Shown piece after piece: positions 12,943-27,823 of a DNA stretch of 64,000 nucleotides. Under the pieces are notes generated by a model that was given only the letters and a program-made list of their open reading frames with translations, did no database searches and had not been told where the DNA came from. Position numbers and translations under genes: made by a program. Each line of letters opens with the position of its first letter. The stretch's first letter is position 1. The stretch comes from the human T2T-CHM13v2.0 reference genome, Homo sapiens: assembly GCF_009914755.1 (NCBI RefSeq), contig NC_060929.1. One strand, written 5' to 3'.

Positions 12943-15002
12943 CACCATGAAACAGAAAAGATTTTCTCCTTGTGCCTAACTCCATGGTAAGTCATAGAAT
13001 TCTCTCTTCTCTCCAAATTTAGGTTAGCTGTGCCTCCTGTGGGTCACAAGCTCCCTTTTCTTCCTCCAAGATAAAAATTGAAGCAACTCTGCTGTATGCT
13101 GAAGAGCTTAAGGAAGGAATCTCTTAGCCACCAAATGGAAATGAAAGCTCCAACCCAACTCTAGTATGTTAATATATATCCAGTCCCCAGAAGTTCTTCA
13201 ACCCATATGCTGAATTTCCTATATATAGGGCAGCATGACTCTTCCATACAAGGAATTTTTAGGATGAAGAGAATATTTAGGTACAAGAACACAACCACCT
13301 CTGAAAGAGTTAAGTTTGTTCCAAAAGCAGAGAACACCATGCTGGTCATGCAGTGGTGTGTCTGGCAGCAGCAAGCTCTTGCGTGAATTTCTGAGTGTGA
13401 GACTTAGCCGAGAGCTAGTTCTAACTCCTTCTTCAGTTTCAAATGCTACACATAGAAATAAGACTGTGGGAGCTATGCCCCCACTTCCCCTTCACCACCT
13501 GTTTCTTGATGCAGTGGCTTATTTTCAGAGCCTTCCCTGCCAGTAGGGCTCTCTGCATGGACTCCCTCTGTGGCAGAAGGCAGGGGCATTTTTCACACTG
13601 TGTTTTTCAAGCTGGCACTCCCAAGAGAAGATGAAAAATTGATTAGCTTTCCTAAGTATAGCTGGAAATGAGTGATGCCAAGGGGCCACAGTGTGGCACC
13701 TGCCGGCAAGTGACACTTTGCTGTGAGAATCTTTTGACCTGGTTATCATGACAGCCCCAGAAACCCAACTCCAATGTCAGTGCATCCCAAGTCAATGGCT
13801 TGAGAGCTTCTATGGGGCTCATTTGTCACATTCACCTCTTAGCTGACTTCCTTCTTAATAAGGAAAAGCAAGCCAGCATTGCTGTGCTGCCATGTGCGTT
13901 GGAAGGCAGTGGGAGCTGCAGAAGTCCCCTTAGGAGCTCCGTACTTGCCTATCATATAGAAGAACCACATTGAAAATTGAGTGTATAATTCATATTTAAT
14001 GTATAAAATAATTTGACATTTATAAAAGCTGTTCACATTTCTAAGCACTTCTACAATCATTGTGCAATAACTAGAATAAGTTTGATAAAGTTACAAAATC
14101 AGACTCCCATCCCAGAGTTCTCTCCAAATTATACGTCACAATTTCTACCTAATCTCCTCACAGTCATGTTAGAACTGACCTGATTGTTAGAGGCTAGCGT
14201 GGCTTTTATTGTTGTTGTTACGTTTTTTTCATACTTGTTAACCTATAGTTAAAAATGTAGCAACCCGATAGTCAGACAACATCATTCAATTATAACTTCC
14301 CGTGCACCATAACAGTCTTTGAATTCAGTTGTGTGTGGCCCTCAGCACAGATGATTTGGTTGTCCAAAAACATTAGAACATTAGAACCTGAGAAATGCTA
14401 TTGATTATGGTACCAGTTTATGATGTTTTGACCATGATTTAGGATATAGCTAGTTTTATGCAGAGTTATTTAGATTTTATAATTGAATATTTTACTTCTC
14501 TGTTAGGGAGAAAAATTCACAGCATATTAAGCTAATTACAAGGCAAATACAAATACCCTGACACTTAGGGTAGAGAATTCATGCAGGAAATGCACCATCA
14601 GTGAAGTTACGGGAAGGAAGGTGCACCCGATCGTGCTGCTGTAGACATGGGGTGGCCTGAAGACAGGACCCTCAGGAAGCAGGCAGAGAGGACTTTATTT
14701 TTTCCTACCTGAAGTACTTGCATATGTGGTAGAATTTCCTCTAAATTTACTATGCAGCATCATTTTCTCTATATTCCATTTATTCTGCCAAATCACTTAT
14801 TCTTTGTATGGCTTTGTTTTGAAAGGCAGCTCCCAATTTCCAAAACAGTATGTACACACGAAGCAATATTCACAAACAGCCACAACCAGCTTTCCTCCAT
14901 ATTGGTTCTCACCTCCCAAGTTCATCCAGGAGAATTGCTGATAATAATCAAAGAAAAGGAGTTTTGTAGAATCTTCCATCTCAGGATGGAGAGAAAGGAA
15001 GA

Positions 15003-15422
15003 TGCGTATTACAGATCAGGGTCCCAGGAAGCAGACTCTGAGGTGGAGATTGGGGTGCAATACATTTACGTGGGAGTGAGAAAGGCAGGACTGGGCAAAG
15101 GGATCAGCTGGGCTGTGATGCAGCCACAACAAAGGCCTCAGCCAAGCCCACAGTTGAGCTCTGGAGCTTGACTGGCCTTGCAGAGTTGTCCTCAGTTGGA
15201 GCAAAGGGGCCAGGGTTTTATATTGTGAATACCGCCGTATCAAGCAGTCATGGGATACAGGCTGCCTCAGGAAATTGAAACGTAGCCTTGGCTTAGGCAC
15301 CCTCTTGAGTTTAGGCAGACCCTGGTACAGGGGCTCAGCTGTGAGCTATGGACAATCAACACTCCCAGCAGCTGCAGGAACAAGTGCTTCAGTCCTGAAG
15401 GGGCGGTGAGCAGCAGTGACTA
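15003..15422 (-). mobile_element. ERVL solo LTR, LTR16-like
   Basis: GGGTCCCAGGAAGCAGACTCTGAG...CACTCCCAGCAGCTG...CAGTCCTGAAGGGG; inverse of the LTR at 42503. Confidence 0.7.
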
Positions 15423-15974
15423 CTGGGAGCTGATTCCATTCGCCCTCTTTGGTCAAAGTCTCCCCCTTCTGCCTAGTTGGAAGTCCCCCTTGCTCTGTTG
15501 CTTAGCTAGGAATGTGACCAAGTAAAGTTGGGTTAGAAAATATTCTTTCTCTTTTTAAACTATGCAAGAATTTCTTAAGAGGACCACTTTAAAGGGCAGA
15601 TGAGTTTTGCTTATGCAAAATATAACTTGACTTACCAAATGCAACTGCGTAAAGAGAACATTCCCAGAGACACCTCCATAACACAAGGCTGAATGCACAC
15701 TTCCACGTACATGGACCGTGCACTTTGCATGATGGTTTTCTACAGAGGACTTTAGCTTCCAGTGAGATCAAAGCTCGCCCTTCTTCAGAGCAACTCATGG
15801 CCTGGCTCTTGAGCAGCTCTGGGATGGAAAATTACCATGCTCGACTGAACACAATATTCAGATTGATATACTTGAAAAGTCACCTTTTTAAAAAAGTAGT
15901 GTTGAAAAATCACACATTTTCTACCATAAGAAGTGAAAGCACATATACCTTTTAAAAAACTTCACAGGCTGAAC

Positions 15975-16330
15975 ATGGCTTTGGGGTCACAAACTCAGTT
16001 TCTAAACCTGGCTGTGCTATCTATGAGTTCTGTGTCCTCAAAACCAATCCCTTATCCTCTCTGGGTTCCAGTTTCCTTGCCTTGTTAGATGAATTGTAAA
16101 GATTGGGGGAATAGACGTGGAAATGGTATGTAAATTGTAACACACAATTAAAATGTCTCATTACACAATGTTAGCACTGGGAAGAAGCTTAGCAATCATC
16201 TTGGCAAGTCCTTCAGTGCCCAAATTATCAACAGAGTCCCATGGAGGTCAGAGGTCTTGCATATCTGGTCAGCGGCAGAGCGGGGCCAGCATCCAGCCCT
16301 CCTGACTCCCCAGCTAGTACTTTTCCACAA
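15975..16330. mobile_element. MIR (+) followed by MIR3/MIRc (-)
   Basis: Degenerate MIR cores; CCTGACTCCCAG...CTTTTCCAC end. Confidence 0.6.
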
Positions 16331-17279
16331 CACAGTAAGTCTGCTTCTTATCCCTCCTCCCCACCTAGTTTCTCCTGCTGCAACATAAGGAGACTGTGTG
16401 TGCTGCTCACACCCATAGAACCATTGAGAGGATTACAAAATGGCATCATGTTTGCCAAAACTTGGAGCCTATAATCTGGAAGCAAGACAGTCTTCAGATC
16501 TGAAGAACTATTGTGCAAAAATTGTTACCAAAGTCATCATGCTGAAATGCATCTTAGGTCACAGTAAAGAGGAGAAAAGGAGTTCATCTTGTGTCAGTAA
16601 TAGAATCTCTGAGCACGCACACCTATTTGTGTATGTGTAGGTAGTCACAGAGAGGGAGGCAGGGAAAGGAGTGAAACGGAGAGAGAAAGAGAACCTTTTG
16701 AAAAATCAACTTACTGTACCATATATTTTATATTATTTCCTGTCCTACTTATTTAATAAGTCTAAATTGAGACTTTTATAATTCCCTTGCATCGTGGATA
16801 AGCTCTCAGCATCTTGAAGTCCTGCAGGGCCTGCAATTTTTCTGCCTCTCTGTAGGTACTCATTTCCAAAATTTCATTACCATCCCACATGTGAGTCATC
16901 CACTCCCATGCATTTCATTTAAAACATCCAGCACAATCTGGGGGACAGAAGGAACAAGCTCAGAGAAGGCCAAGTTTATGCCTTTGGTATGTGGCGGAGT
17001 TGTCAAAGTAAAATAGGAGAGGAGGCCCAGCAGGGCTCCCTCCCAGGCAGCCAGCAGAAACTGTCAGCCTCTGATTCAGCACCCACCTCCCCTCCTCCTT
17101 TTCCCAGTAGCATGCCCTTTTCTTTTGCTGTATGCTTCATATGTGGGCAGTCTGGGGGCAATACAGTTGGTAAGAGAAAACAAAGATGAGAAAAACTCCT
17201 CTAGCAGAGAAATAAAAACTTAAGCTGAATAGTACTGAGAAACAATAACACAGGCTACTACTCATGGACGAGCGCCTCT

Positions 17280-17400
17280 GATCAGGAATCAGGAGACCCA
17301 GGTCTAGCCTTGGCTTTGCCATCAACTGCTCATGTGATCTGGCAAGTTATTTAGCCTCCTAGGGACCTCAGTGTCCTCAATTATCAAATGAGGTTGGGCA
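17280..17400 (+). mobile_element. MIR fragment
   Basis: GGAATCAGGAGACCCAGG...CCTCAGTGTCCTCA. Confidence 0.65.
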
Positions 17401-17834
17401 TATTTGTCCACATCGTCTGAGGAATTCAAATAGAACTCAATTTTCAGAGCCAACTCAATTAGTGGTTGTACAAAAAGCATCAACATCCGCAGTTCCCCCT
17501 CTCCTTTCTACAGAAAGACTGGTAGCATGCCACCCAAAAATACACACAGTGCTACCATTAAAAGGCATGAGTGGGAAGGGAATGTAATGAATGATTTCTG
17601 TAAATCGCACTCACACCAGCCTTATCTTCTCTCTGAATGTGAATTTATGATTCCTGGCTGGCCTAATGTGATATACATCCACAGAGCAACTGCTTGCCTG
17701 TTGAATATCCAATTGAATGACTGGACTCTCCCAGAGAGCACTGACCACAGGACAGCAGGTTTGCTTGCCAATAAAAATGATGCAGTATGAGGGGACACAG
17801 GAAGAAGCACCAGTTAGGAGAAGCATTACAATTA

Positions 17835-18290
17835 GTACCAATCAGGAACCCAGCAGGAAGCAGAAGTGTGCTCATACGAGGATGATCTAAGGAGAGACTG
17901 TTTACAATAGTGCAGGCAGGGCATAGGGAAACTGTAAGGGAAGGTGCAGAATCCCAGGGATAGGAACAGTGGAGCTACCACCATCCCTAGAGCTGAAGGA
18001 AGGAGGGGAAAATATAGTGACTGGAATTCAAAATGAGAGAGTAGTGAAGAGAAGTATAATGGAAAATAAGTTGTGTTTTGTCCAGAGAAACAGCCAGCCT
18101 GAGGTTCCTCATAGGGAGGAAAGCAGGGAATCCCTACCCCAATCTTCATCTCCTCATCTCTGTAATCCTCTACTGGGACCCCTCCCTTGGCCATGACCAA
18201 ATGGAGCCCATTTTTTGTGGTCCAAGCAGTCATCCTTCTGGCCAGAGAGCAGGGTAGAAAGAGAAATTCTGGAAGAACAAGATAAGATAT
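17835..18290 (-). mobile_element. ERVL-class LTR (LTR40/41-like)
   Basis: GTACCAATCAGGAACCCAGCAGGAAGCAGA...GGGAAACTGTAAGGGAAGGTGCAG resembles an ERVL LTR end; the family name is uncertain. Confidence 0.5.
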
Positions 18291-18789
18291 ATCCCACTCT
18301 ATAAAAAGAGAAGCTGCCCAGGATGCAAGGCACCGAGATTTGAGTATTATCATCTTCTCCCTCCCTTTCTTTCCAATCTAAAATAAAATAAAATAAAAAT
18401 ATTATTTAAATAATAATAAAAACATGCTAAAAATAAAAACTTGCTGGATAAAATCAATCAAGAAAACGTTCCTGGAAGTAGATTTTAAACTACATGTTTA
18501 GAAAGAAGGGGACATGGCTAGGGGATTGTTGGTAAGGGATTACTGATGTTGCTGTCATCTTCCACATAGGGTTTTTTGTATTCAAAGGCTGGTGTCCAAA
18601 AGCAGGTGAGGCCAAAAGGAAAAGACAAGGTAGCCTACATGTCAGGGAGCTGCTATTCCTGTGCCCAGGATCATGGCTATATGGAGGCAATTTGTTGATT
18701 TGGGAAACAGAAGATGGGCAAATCCTGTTTCACCACCTGTGAGATCAAACATTTTCTGGAAGTAATGGCTCTGGACTTGCACAGGCCTA

Positions 18790-18945
18790 GCTGTCTCAGA
18801 GTCCTGGCTCTGCCACTTAATAGCTGTGTGACCTCAGGTCAAATTCCATAAGCCTTAGCTTTATTTGACAACTGGGGACACAATATTTTCCCCACCTCCC
18901 CCCACAACTCCACCAGTATTGTGGTGAAGATTAAAGAAATAATTT
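18790..18945 (+). mobile_element. MIR (target of the L1 insertion)
   Basis: CCTGGCTCTGCCACTTAATAGCTGTGTGACCT...GTGAAGATTAAA. Confidence 0.75.
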
Positions 18946-18948
18946 TCC

Positions 18949-20248
18949 CAACTATTTAATCTTTGACAAACCTGACAAAAACAAGAAATGGGGAAAGGAT
19001 TCCCTATTTAATAAATGGTGCTGGGAAAACTGGCTAGTCATATGTAGAAAGCTGAAACTGGATCCCTTCCTTACACCTTATACAAAAATTAATTCAAGAT
19101 GGATTAAAGACTTAAATGTTAGACCTAAAACCATAAAAACCCTAGAGGAAAACCTAGGCAATACCATTCAGGACATAGGCATGGACAAGGACTTCGTGTC
19201 TAAAACACCAAAAGCAATGGCAACAAAAGCCAAAATTGACAAATGGGATCTAATTAAAATAAAGAGCTTCTGCACAGCAAAAGAAATTGCCATCAGAGGC
19301 AACCTACAGAATGGGAGAAAATTTTTGCAATCTGCTAATCTGACAAAGGGCTAATATCCAGAATCTATAAAGAATACAAACAAATTTACAAGAAATAAAC
19401 AAACAACCCCATCAAAAAGTGGGCAAAGGATATGAACAGACACTTCTCAAAAGAAGACATTTATGCAGCCAACAGACACATGAAAAAATGCTCTTCATCA
19501 CTGGCCATCAGAGAAATGAAAATCAAAACCACAATGAGATACCATCTCACACCAGTTAGAATGGTGATCATTAAAAAGTCAGGAAACAACAGGTGCTGGA
19601 GAGGATGTAGAGAAATAGGAACGCTTTTACACTGTTGGTGGGACTGTAAATTAGTTCAACCATTGTGGAAGTCAGTGTGGTGATTCCTCAGGGATCTAGA
19701 ACTAGAAATACCTTTTGACCCAGCCATCCCATTACTGGGTATATACCCATAGGATTATAAATCATGCTGCTATAAAGACACATGCACACATATGTTTATT
19801 GCAGCACTGTTCACAACAGCAAAGACTTGGAACCAACCCAAATGTCCAACAATGATAGACTGGATTAAGAAAATGTGGCACATATGCACCATGGAATACT
19901 ATGCAGCCGTAAAAAAGGATGAGTTCATGTCCTTTGTAGGGACATGGATGAAGCTGGAAACCATAATTCTCAGCAAACTACCACAAGGACAAAAAACCAA
20001 ACACCGCATGTTCTCACTCATAGGTGGGAATTGAACAATGAGACCACATGGACACAGGAAGGGGAACATCAGACACCAGGGCCTGCTGTGGGGTGGGGGG
20101 AGTGGGGAGGGATAGCATTAGGAGATATACCTAATGCTAAATGATGAGTTAATGGGTGCAGCACACCAGCATGGCACATGTATACATATGTAACAAACCT
20201 GCACGTTGTGCACATGTACCCTAAAACTTAAAGTATAATAAAAAAAAA
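18949..20248 (+). mobile_element. 5'-truncated L1PA3/PA4 (~1.3 kb)
   Basis: ORF2 C-terminus; 3'UTR CCTAATGCTAAATGATGAG...CCCTAAAACTTAAAGTATAAT; poly-A; short TSD-like AATTT(T)CC on both flanks. Confidence 0.93.
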
Positions 20249-20304
20249 TTTCCTGTATGAATAAAAGGTATTTCATTGCAAGTAATAACATCTGATTCTG
20301 GCTA

Positions 20305-20470
20305 GCTTGGGGGGCAGGGGAAGAGAAGGAAGGGAAGGAAAGGATAAGGGAGAAAGGAGAGGGGAGGGAAAGGAAAGAGAGGGAGGGAGGGAGAAAGGGA
20401 AGAAAGAAGGGAGGAAGGGAGGAAGGAAGAGAGGGAGGGAGAGAAGGAGAGAGGGAGGGGGAAGGGAAAT
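20305..20470. repeat. Polypurine (GA-rich) low-complexity tract
   Basis: ~160 bp of GGAA/GGGA/GAGA; explains the spurious 124 aa and 129 aa ORFs. Confidence 0.9.
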
Positions 20471-20539
20471 TATTGAAACACTGGGGTATCAATGTTTAAG
20501 AAAGATCTTAAGAAAGAGAGTGATGGAAGTGTTCTTATT

Positions 20540-20900
20540 GCATATAGACCTCAGTGCAGTTCTTAATGATTTTAAGCTTGGCAAATCTGAGAGAGCAGGA
20601 TTTAGAACAACTCTGGATCCTGGCAGCAGCAGTTGTGCCCCTCTTTCTGGAACACACGGGCATGTGTGGCTTGGCTTCAGTGTTTACAGTCTCTAGCCTC
20701 TTCATTCCAAAGGCAAACTCCAGGGAGGGAGAATGTCATTGGCTCAGTTTGCATCAGGTCAATCAACCATGGTCAGGATGGGGAGTGGCCCCAGTGGTCA
20801 TGTAGTGGACATGGCTGTTGCAAGTCCACCTTTGTGTATCTAGAGAGCAGTTCTGGGGGTGAGGAAATGGGGATGAGCCATGCAGCCCCACTACCCATAG
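20540..20900 (-). mobile_element. Degenerate MaLR LTR (MLT1K/L-like)
   Basis: CAAACTCCAGGGAGGGAGAATGTCATTGGCTCAG...CAATCAACCATGGTCAGG. Confidence 0.45.
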
Positions 20901-21084
20901 AAAAGTCATAGCTCACAGAGCCCAACACAGAAGTCCTCTTGAGGATTGGCTATTACTATTTCAACAGTTGTGGCAGAGGTAACATTTACAATTTAAGTTT
21001 CTTTGCCTTGAAGGTCTTTGACAAACCATCAGCTACAACTGTTAAATTTTTTTTGTTTATTCTATTGCTCTCATTAAAATGATT

Positions 21085-21200
21085 ATAACTCCATAAAGAC
21101 AGGGACCATTGGATTTCCGTCTCTATTTAATACTTTGTAAATATCCTCATTATTTAATGCTTTGTAAACAGTGGGTGCTCAATAAATGTGGCCTATTCAC
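21085..21200 (+). mobile_element. L2 3' end
   Basis: ACTCCATAAAGACAGGGACC...GGTGCTCAATAAATGT. Confidence 0.7.
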
Positions 21201-21886
21201 TAAAACTCACTAATTTGTATTGAAACCAGAGCTACTGTCAGCAAAATGTGCCCCCATTTGCCTTTCCTCAAAACCTAGGACATAAAATCAGCATTTGTTC
21301 AACAAGCTGGAAGTTTATAATACACAAAGAGAATTCTTCCAACATGTCAACTTGAAGAAAAATAATTAATTTATCATATTCAGCCCCACCCAACATTTTA
21401 AAAATTGTTGAAAGTGGCTTAGAATAAATGTATGTCTGCTGCCAATTCTGATAAAGTTCTGGGAGCTGCCTGGCACTAGGTAGAAAGTTTTATGAGAAAG
21501 AGGCTGACATAGAGAAAATGCCACCATCAACTATTAATATCTGGGATGGACACAGGATTGAAGAGAGGTGGCGTATATAATACATAGTTGGTATTCCTGA
21601 ACCATATTCAGAAATTGAAAGAAATATAAAGAATCAGAATTTACATGGATAAAACTAAGACCAGTTGGAAGTGGGAATGAGATACGTTATCATAGATGCT
21701 TTCTCAATTGAGAGATGATTTAGGGATTAATTTAAGATAGATTATGTTAGAGGAAGATGGATTTATATGAATATTGCCTTACTATTACATGTTAGCAACA
21801 TCATTGTGATTATTTAAACAATAATAGGACAATAGGTGACTGTTAAGATTGCAGCTAAGCAATTTGCAGCTACCCATCCTTTAAAG

Positions 21887-22232
21887 CAGCAGTCCCCAAC
21901 CTTTTTGGCACCAGGGACCGGTTTCGTGGAAGACAATTTTTCCACGGATGGAAGGGGAGGGGATGGTTTCGGGATGAAACTGTTCCTCCTCAGATCATCA
22001 GGCATTAAATTCTCACAAGGAGGGAACAACCTGGATCCCCCACATGAGCAGTTCACAATAGGGTTCACCCTCCTATGAGAATCTAACGCCGCTGCTGATC
22101 TGACAGGAAGCGGAGCTCAGGCGGTAATGCTTGTTCGCCCACTGCTCACTGCCCACCGCCTGCTGTGCGGCCTGGTTCCTAAAAAGCCACAGACCTATTA
22201 ATAGTCTATGGCCCAGGGGTTCAGGACCCCTG
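21887..22232 (+). mobile_element. MER1B (hAT-Charlie non-autonomous DNA transposon)
   Basis: CAGCAGTCCCCAACCTTTTTGGCACCAGGGACCGGTTTCGTGGAAGAC...GGACCCCTG; 8-bp TSD CTTTAAAG at 21879-21886 and 22233-22240. Confidence 0.93.
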
Positions 22233-22299
22233 CTTTAAAGTCATGAGTTTCCACATCTAGCACATAGGTGATGATCGTGTATGGTTACATTGTACATAA

Positions 22300-22948
<649 letters not shown>

Positions 22949-23942
22949 AACATGTCCTTTTTGAAAATTAAACCCAATATAACACTTCTAAAGGAGTCTT
23001 TTTAAAACCTAGGGCCTTAGATTTTTCTATTCCTCTTTTCTGGTTATAATTATCAGGGTTTTTTTTCCCCCTGGAGCACCACAAAGCTGCAAAGGACAGG
23101 AGTGTTTAGGATAGAACGTACTGGTTGTCTACCCAATCCAGAAGTCATGCAAAGCTGAGTGCAAACAATTCAGAAATATTAGAAGCCTGAATTGTTCTAC
23201 TTAAGTTTGATGCCCCCATGGCCAAAGCACTGACTCTTGGCACTTTTGATTATCTGAACAACTCAAAATCCACTTGATTTTATTTTGTTAACAATTATTT
23301 GGCTAGTATTTCCTTTCCAATGATTGCTTTACAGATGTTTTACAAAGTTTTTGAAGTAGAAACAAATTTGGTTTATGTAGCGGAACATAACATCAGCCAA
23401 CTGATTTAACTATGGGGCAGAAATTCAGATGGGAATGTTTAAAAGAAATTTCCATTGCCAATTAGTTTTTGAAAACAAATACAATTCAAAATGGTAAATA
23501 TAAAGAGACACATAGTAAGCTTTGAAAGGATATTTTAGGACCAGCAATATGCAACTTAGTTCTTTTGTTTATTACCACTCCCTCCCCTGCCCCCTACCAA
23601 AAATCTTGCTATTAAAATATTTCAAAAATATTTTATTTTCTATTTATTTCCTAAATTAAATTATAACCTAAGGATTCATGTTATTAAAAAGTTACTAATA
23701 ATTGAAAAAAGATCTAATATTGGAAATAGTAAAATATACTAGCCAAATAAAATAATAAAGGCAAGTAGAAAGCACATAAAATTCCCAGAATAGAATAATC
23801 TGTTTGCTTCTTAATGTTCCTAATTCAGTGATTCATAACCCATTTCTAGAATAGTGCTTGTATTTTCCATGAATTCATTACCAATTCATTTTGCATTGCT
23901 TTTAGTTTCTTTAGGACTGATGGATCATATGTTCAAATGTAA

Positions 23943-24642
<700 letters not shown>

Positions 24643-26309
24643 GTTGCGATTCCTGGCTTCTGCCTTTGCAATTTAAGATGGCCATTATTTAGCCTCGTTT
24701 CCTCCAAAGAATCCTTGAAGACTTGAAAATATCATTTTCTCTACCTCATTAATTTTCTATTGAGCAAAGTATCATTCTAAATATACTGAGACTTCTGGGC
24801 ACTTTTTTTGTCTAAGCATTGCCAGTTAGGCCTTGCCTTCCATTTGCCAATTCAGTTTCCAGGACACAAAAATTCAGGCAGACGTGGTCTGAGATGCCAT
24901 TTTTAACATTCGTCACATCATGCAATCCATGCATTTTAGAGCTTGAGGGAAACTGAGAGGTTTGAAGATCCATTTGGTATTCTGAGATCTCTGGTCTGAC
25001 TGTCTTTGAGGTTTCTCTAGGTTTCATTGAATACTTAATCCTTTCCATGGCCTGGACCATATCATCTCATAAACTTTTCAAATGAATAATCCCTGATCTA
25101 CCTGATGTGACATTTCACTTCACCTTTTGATAGGTGGATTTACAAGAAAGAAATAGACACCATTTGAGAAAATTTTGTCAAAATTTCCCAGCACATTTTT
25201 AAGCACTTCAAGGATTTAGTTCAAATGTGACCAAATATCAAATACCTTTTTTTTTTCATAAAATCCTAGAAGCATTCAAAACTATATTGCTATATGAAAG
25301 AACTAGCTCCAACATTCATCCAGGGAACCAAACCTATACCATCGTAACTCCTAGGATGATAGAAAATGACATTTAAATCAACATAACTCTAAAGAACTTC
25401 TGCTCTCTTACTGCTTATGGACTTATTTTCAAAACATAGTTGTAAGCTATAAACCACTGTGAGCTCCCGCTGAAGGCACAGATACAATTTTCAGCAAATA
25501 TATCACTTAGACTGAAAGCCAACTTTGTCACAATAGTGCTATTCTAATTCAAACCACAAATCCTTCTCTAAAATAAAATGCTCTCTCTCTTACCTGCAGG
25601 AAAAGAAAGTGCATTCTGAGAAGGTTTAAAAGCCATTGGTTTCTAAGCCTCTGCCAGCTCTATCCAAATACCTACCACAAACCCCAGCCCCTCCATGAGG
25701 GCCCTACCATCTCTGCTGCTGAGAGGCCCAACCTCATGGACACCAATCCAGAGATACCATACCACACAGCCCTCATAATCCAGTATAAAAGAAGAAAACT
25801 ATCGTTGTGCATTCTTAGTTACCTACCTAACTTTTGTTCCATGAGATTTTATCTTGATTCTGTATGTAGCACAGAGCACATAGAGATACTGGATTTGTTT
25901 TACTTTCTTCATATCAGGTTCTGTGTTCCTTGCCAAGGACAGCAGTTCAAACTATTAAAGGACCTGAAGTGTTACTTTATGAAGTTTCTCACATGGAAGA
26001 ATATTTAATAAAGTATTTGAATTCTCTCATTCTTTAATATGGGCAAATCAAAGCAAATTGATAAACATCCACAAATAACCACTGACTAGCTTACAACTAC
26101 TTTGCCCTCCATAATTCTCTCGTTGAACTAAATATAACTGACAGGAGGAACAGGGCTCTTATTTAGTGGAAATGGCTGTTGCTTACAGATTATTTCAATA
26201 ATCGGAGTGACCCAAGAGCAGAAGAATATTACACGCATGTTTCCCTGGAAGAATTTTGTTTCTTCGTTTTTTTACCAAGGAGTCTAGATGACTGTGTCTA
26301 ATACCTGGT

Positions 26310-26470
26310 AAGGAACTCAGGTTCTGGGGTTTAAATACATAAATTCAGATTTCAGCTCCACCACTTCCATGAAGGATATTTCTCTTCTCTGACCTCAATT
26401 TTCTGATTGGTGAACTAGGTGCCATCATGATAATAATAGACCTCGTGTGGCTGCGGTTAGGATGAGATGA
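26310..26470 (+). mobile_element. MIR
   Basis: Degenerate core CTCTGACCTCAATTTTCTGAT...GTTAGGATGAGATGAG. Confidence 0.6.
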
Positions 26471-26864
26471 GAGAAGATGGCCCTGTGGGCAGGGGAGATA
26501 GGCAGAGACCTCCCTTCTTTGGCTTCTTCTTTTCAGGTTCTGGCCCCTGAGTGACTTTCTTTTTCCTAATGTTCTCTTAATTGAGGGACTAATTGCAAAC
26601 ATCACAGAGCAGAGAATTGCTTTGTCATAGCAGCATTTCTTCCATGTGTAGCCAGCGGGTCATACAGTGAGCTCATGTGATTTGGCGAGTCTCGCTTATT
26701 TCATTCGCAGCTTGAAAGTTCCTTTTCAAATGTGGATTTGCACACGGGCTAAGGTTTGCACTAAGGGAGGCCTTCCAAGGCTCCATTTTGGAGTCTTACC
26801 TACGTTCATATTTCTACCTCAAGGCCGTTTATCATATTTATTCCCAGACACCCAATAATTCTGG

Positions 26865-27095
26865 TTATCATTATTAAGGACCTGCCATGTGCCAGACACT
26901 CTTCTTGTCCTTGCCTCACAAAATATTATGAGATATGTATTTTTTGTCTTCTTCGTTAAACTATTCTTTTTAACTTATGAGAGAACTAAAACTCAGGAAC
27001 TTAAGTAATTTGCCCAAGACCACACAGCTAGGAATGGGCAAAGCTGGGCTCAAAGTTGGTTCTAAGTGCAAAGACCATACCTTTTCCATTATGCC
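26865..27095 (-). mobile_element. MIR (MIRb-like)
   Basis: CCATGTGCCAGACACT...TAAGTAATTTGCCCAAGACCACACAGCTAG. Confidence 0.8.
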
Positions 27096-27403
27096 AGAGA
27101 AGGCAGATAGATTTGAAGTTGCAGCCAATCTGATCAATTAGTGACAGGTGAGTGCTCGGCTAAGCACATTGAGGCTGGGCCTAGGCTCCAGGGAGAGAGT
27201 GCCGTTAACAACAATGAGTAACTTCGCCTTGAGCATTGGTTGGGGGAAGGACAAGGGCAATCAAGCTGCCTCCTCCATATCATGCAACCCTTATCCACCG
27301 AGTTTCTACTCACCGAGAGGAAGGGGTTAATTTGCCTCCTTGGAACACTTCTTTATACCTTCTAGTGCTTTTCTGTACCTTTTCATCAAAAGAAAGCATC
27401 CCC

Positions 27404-27507
27404 TTTTTTTATTATACTTTAAGTTCTAGGGTACATGTGCACAACGTGCAGGTTTGTTACATATGTATACATGTGCCATGTTGGTGTGCTGCACCCATTA
27501 ACTCGTC
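27404..27507 (-). mobile_element. ~100-bp extreme 5'-truncated L1PA4/5
   Basis: TTATTATACTTTAAGTTCTAGGGTACATGTGCACAACG...ACTCGTC; TSD TCCCCTTTTT at 27399-27408 and 27506-27515. Confidence 0.92.
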
Positions 27508-27823
27508 CCCTTTTTAAAGCTTTCTGCTCCCACAGGATAGTCTTTTGTGCAGTTCTCTTTGCTCAGTGCTGATTTTTCTCCTCCTGAGCTGCAGGGAGAC
27601 CAGAGCAGCTTGATTTCACATATCTCCTCTCAACCAGGGTAACTTCCCTTTCCTTGACCATTTTGTTGTCTAGTTTTTTTTACTTTGGAGCTTAGGTCAG
27701 TATTTGGTAACTTCATTTATAGCCTGGACAAATTGCTTAATCTCTCTGACTGTATTTTCCTAACCTATCTTCTTAAGAGAGAGAGAAAGAAGAGAAAGAG
27801 AGAGTATGGGTACAGGAGGTAGA

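Noticed and set aside
17832-18353. 173 aa minus-strand ORF
   Set aside because: Lies within an LTR-like repeat, with no domain or splice context.
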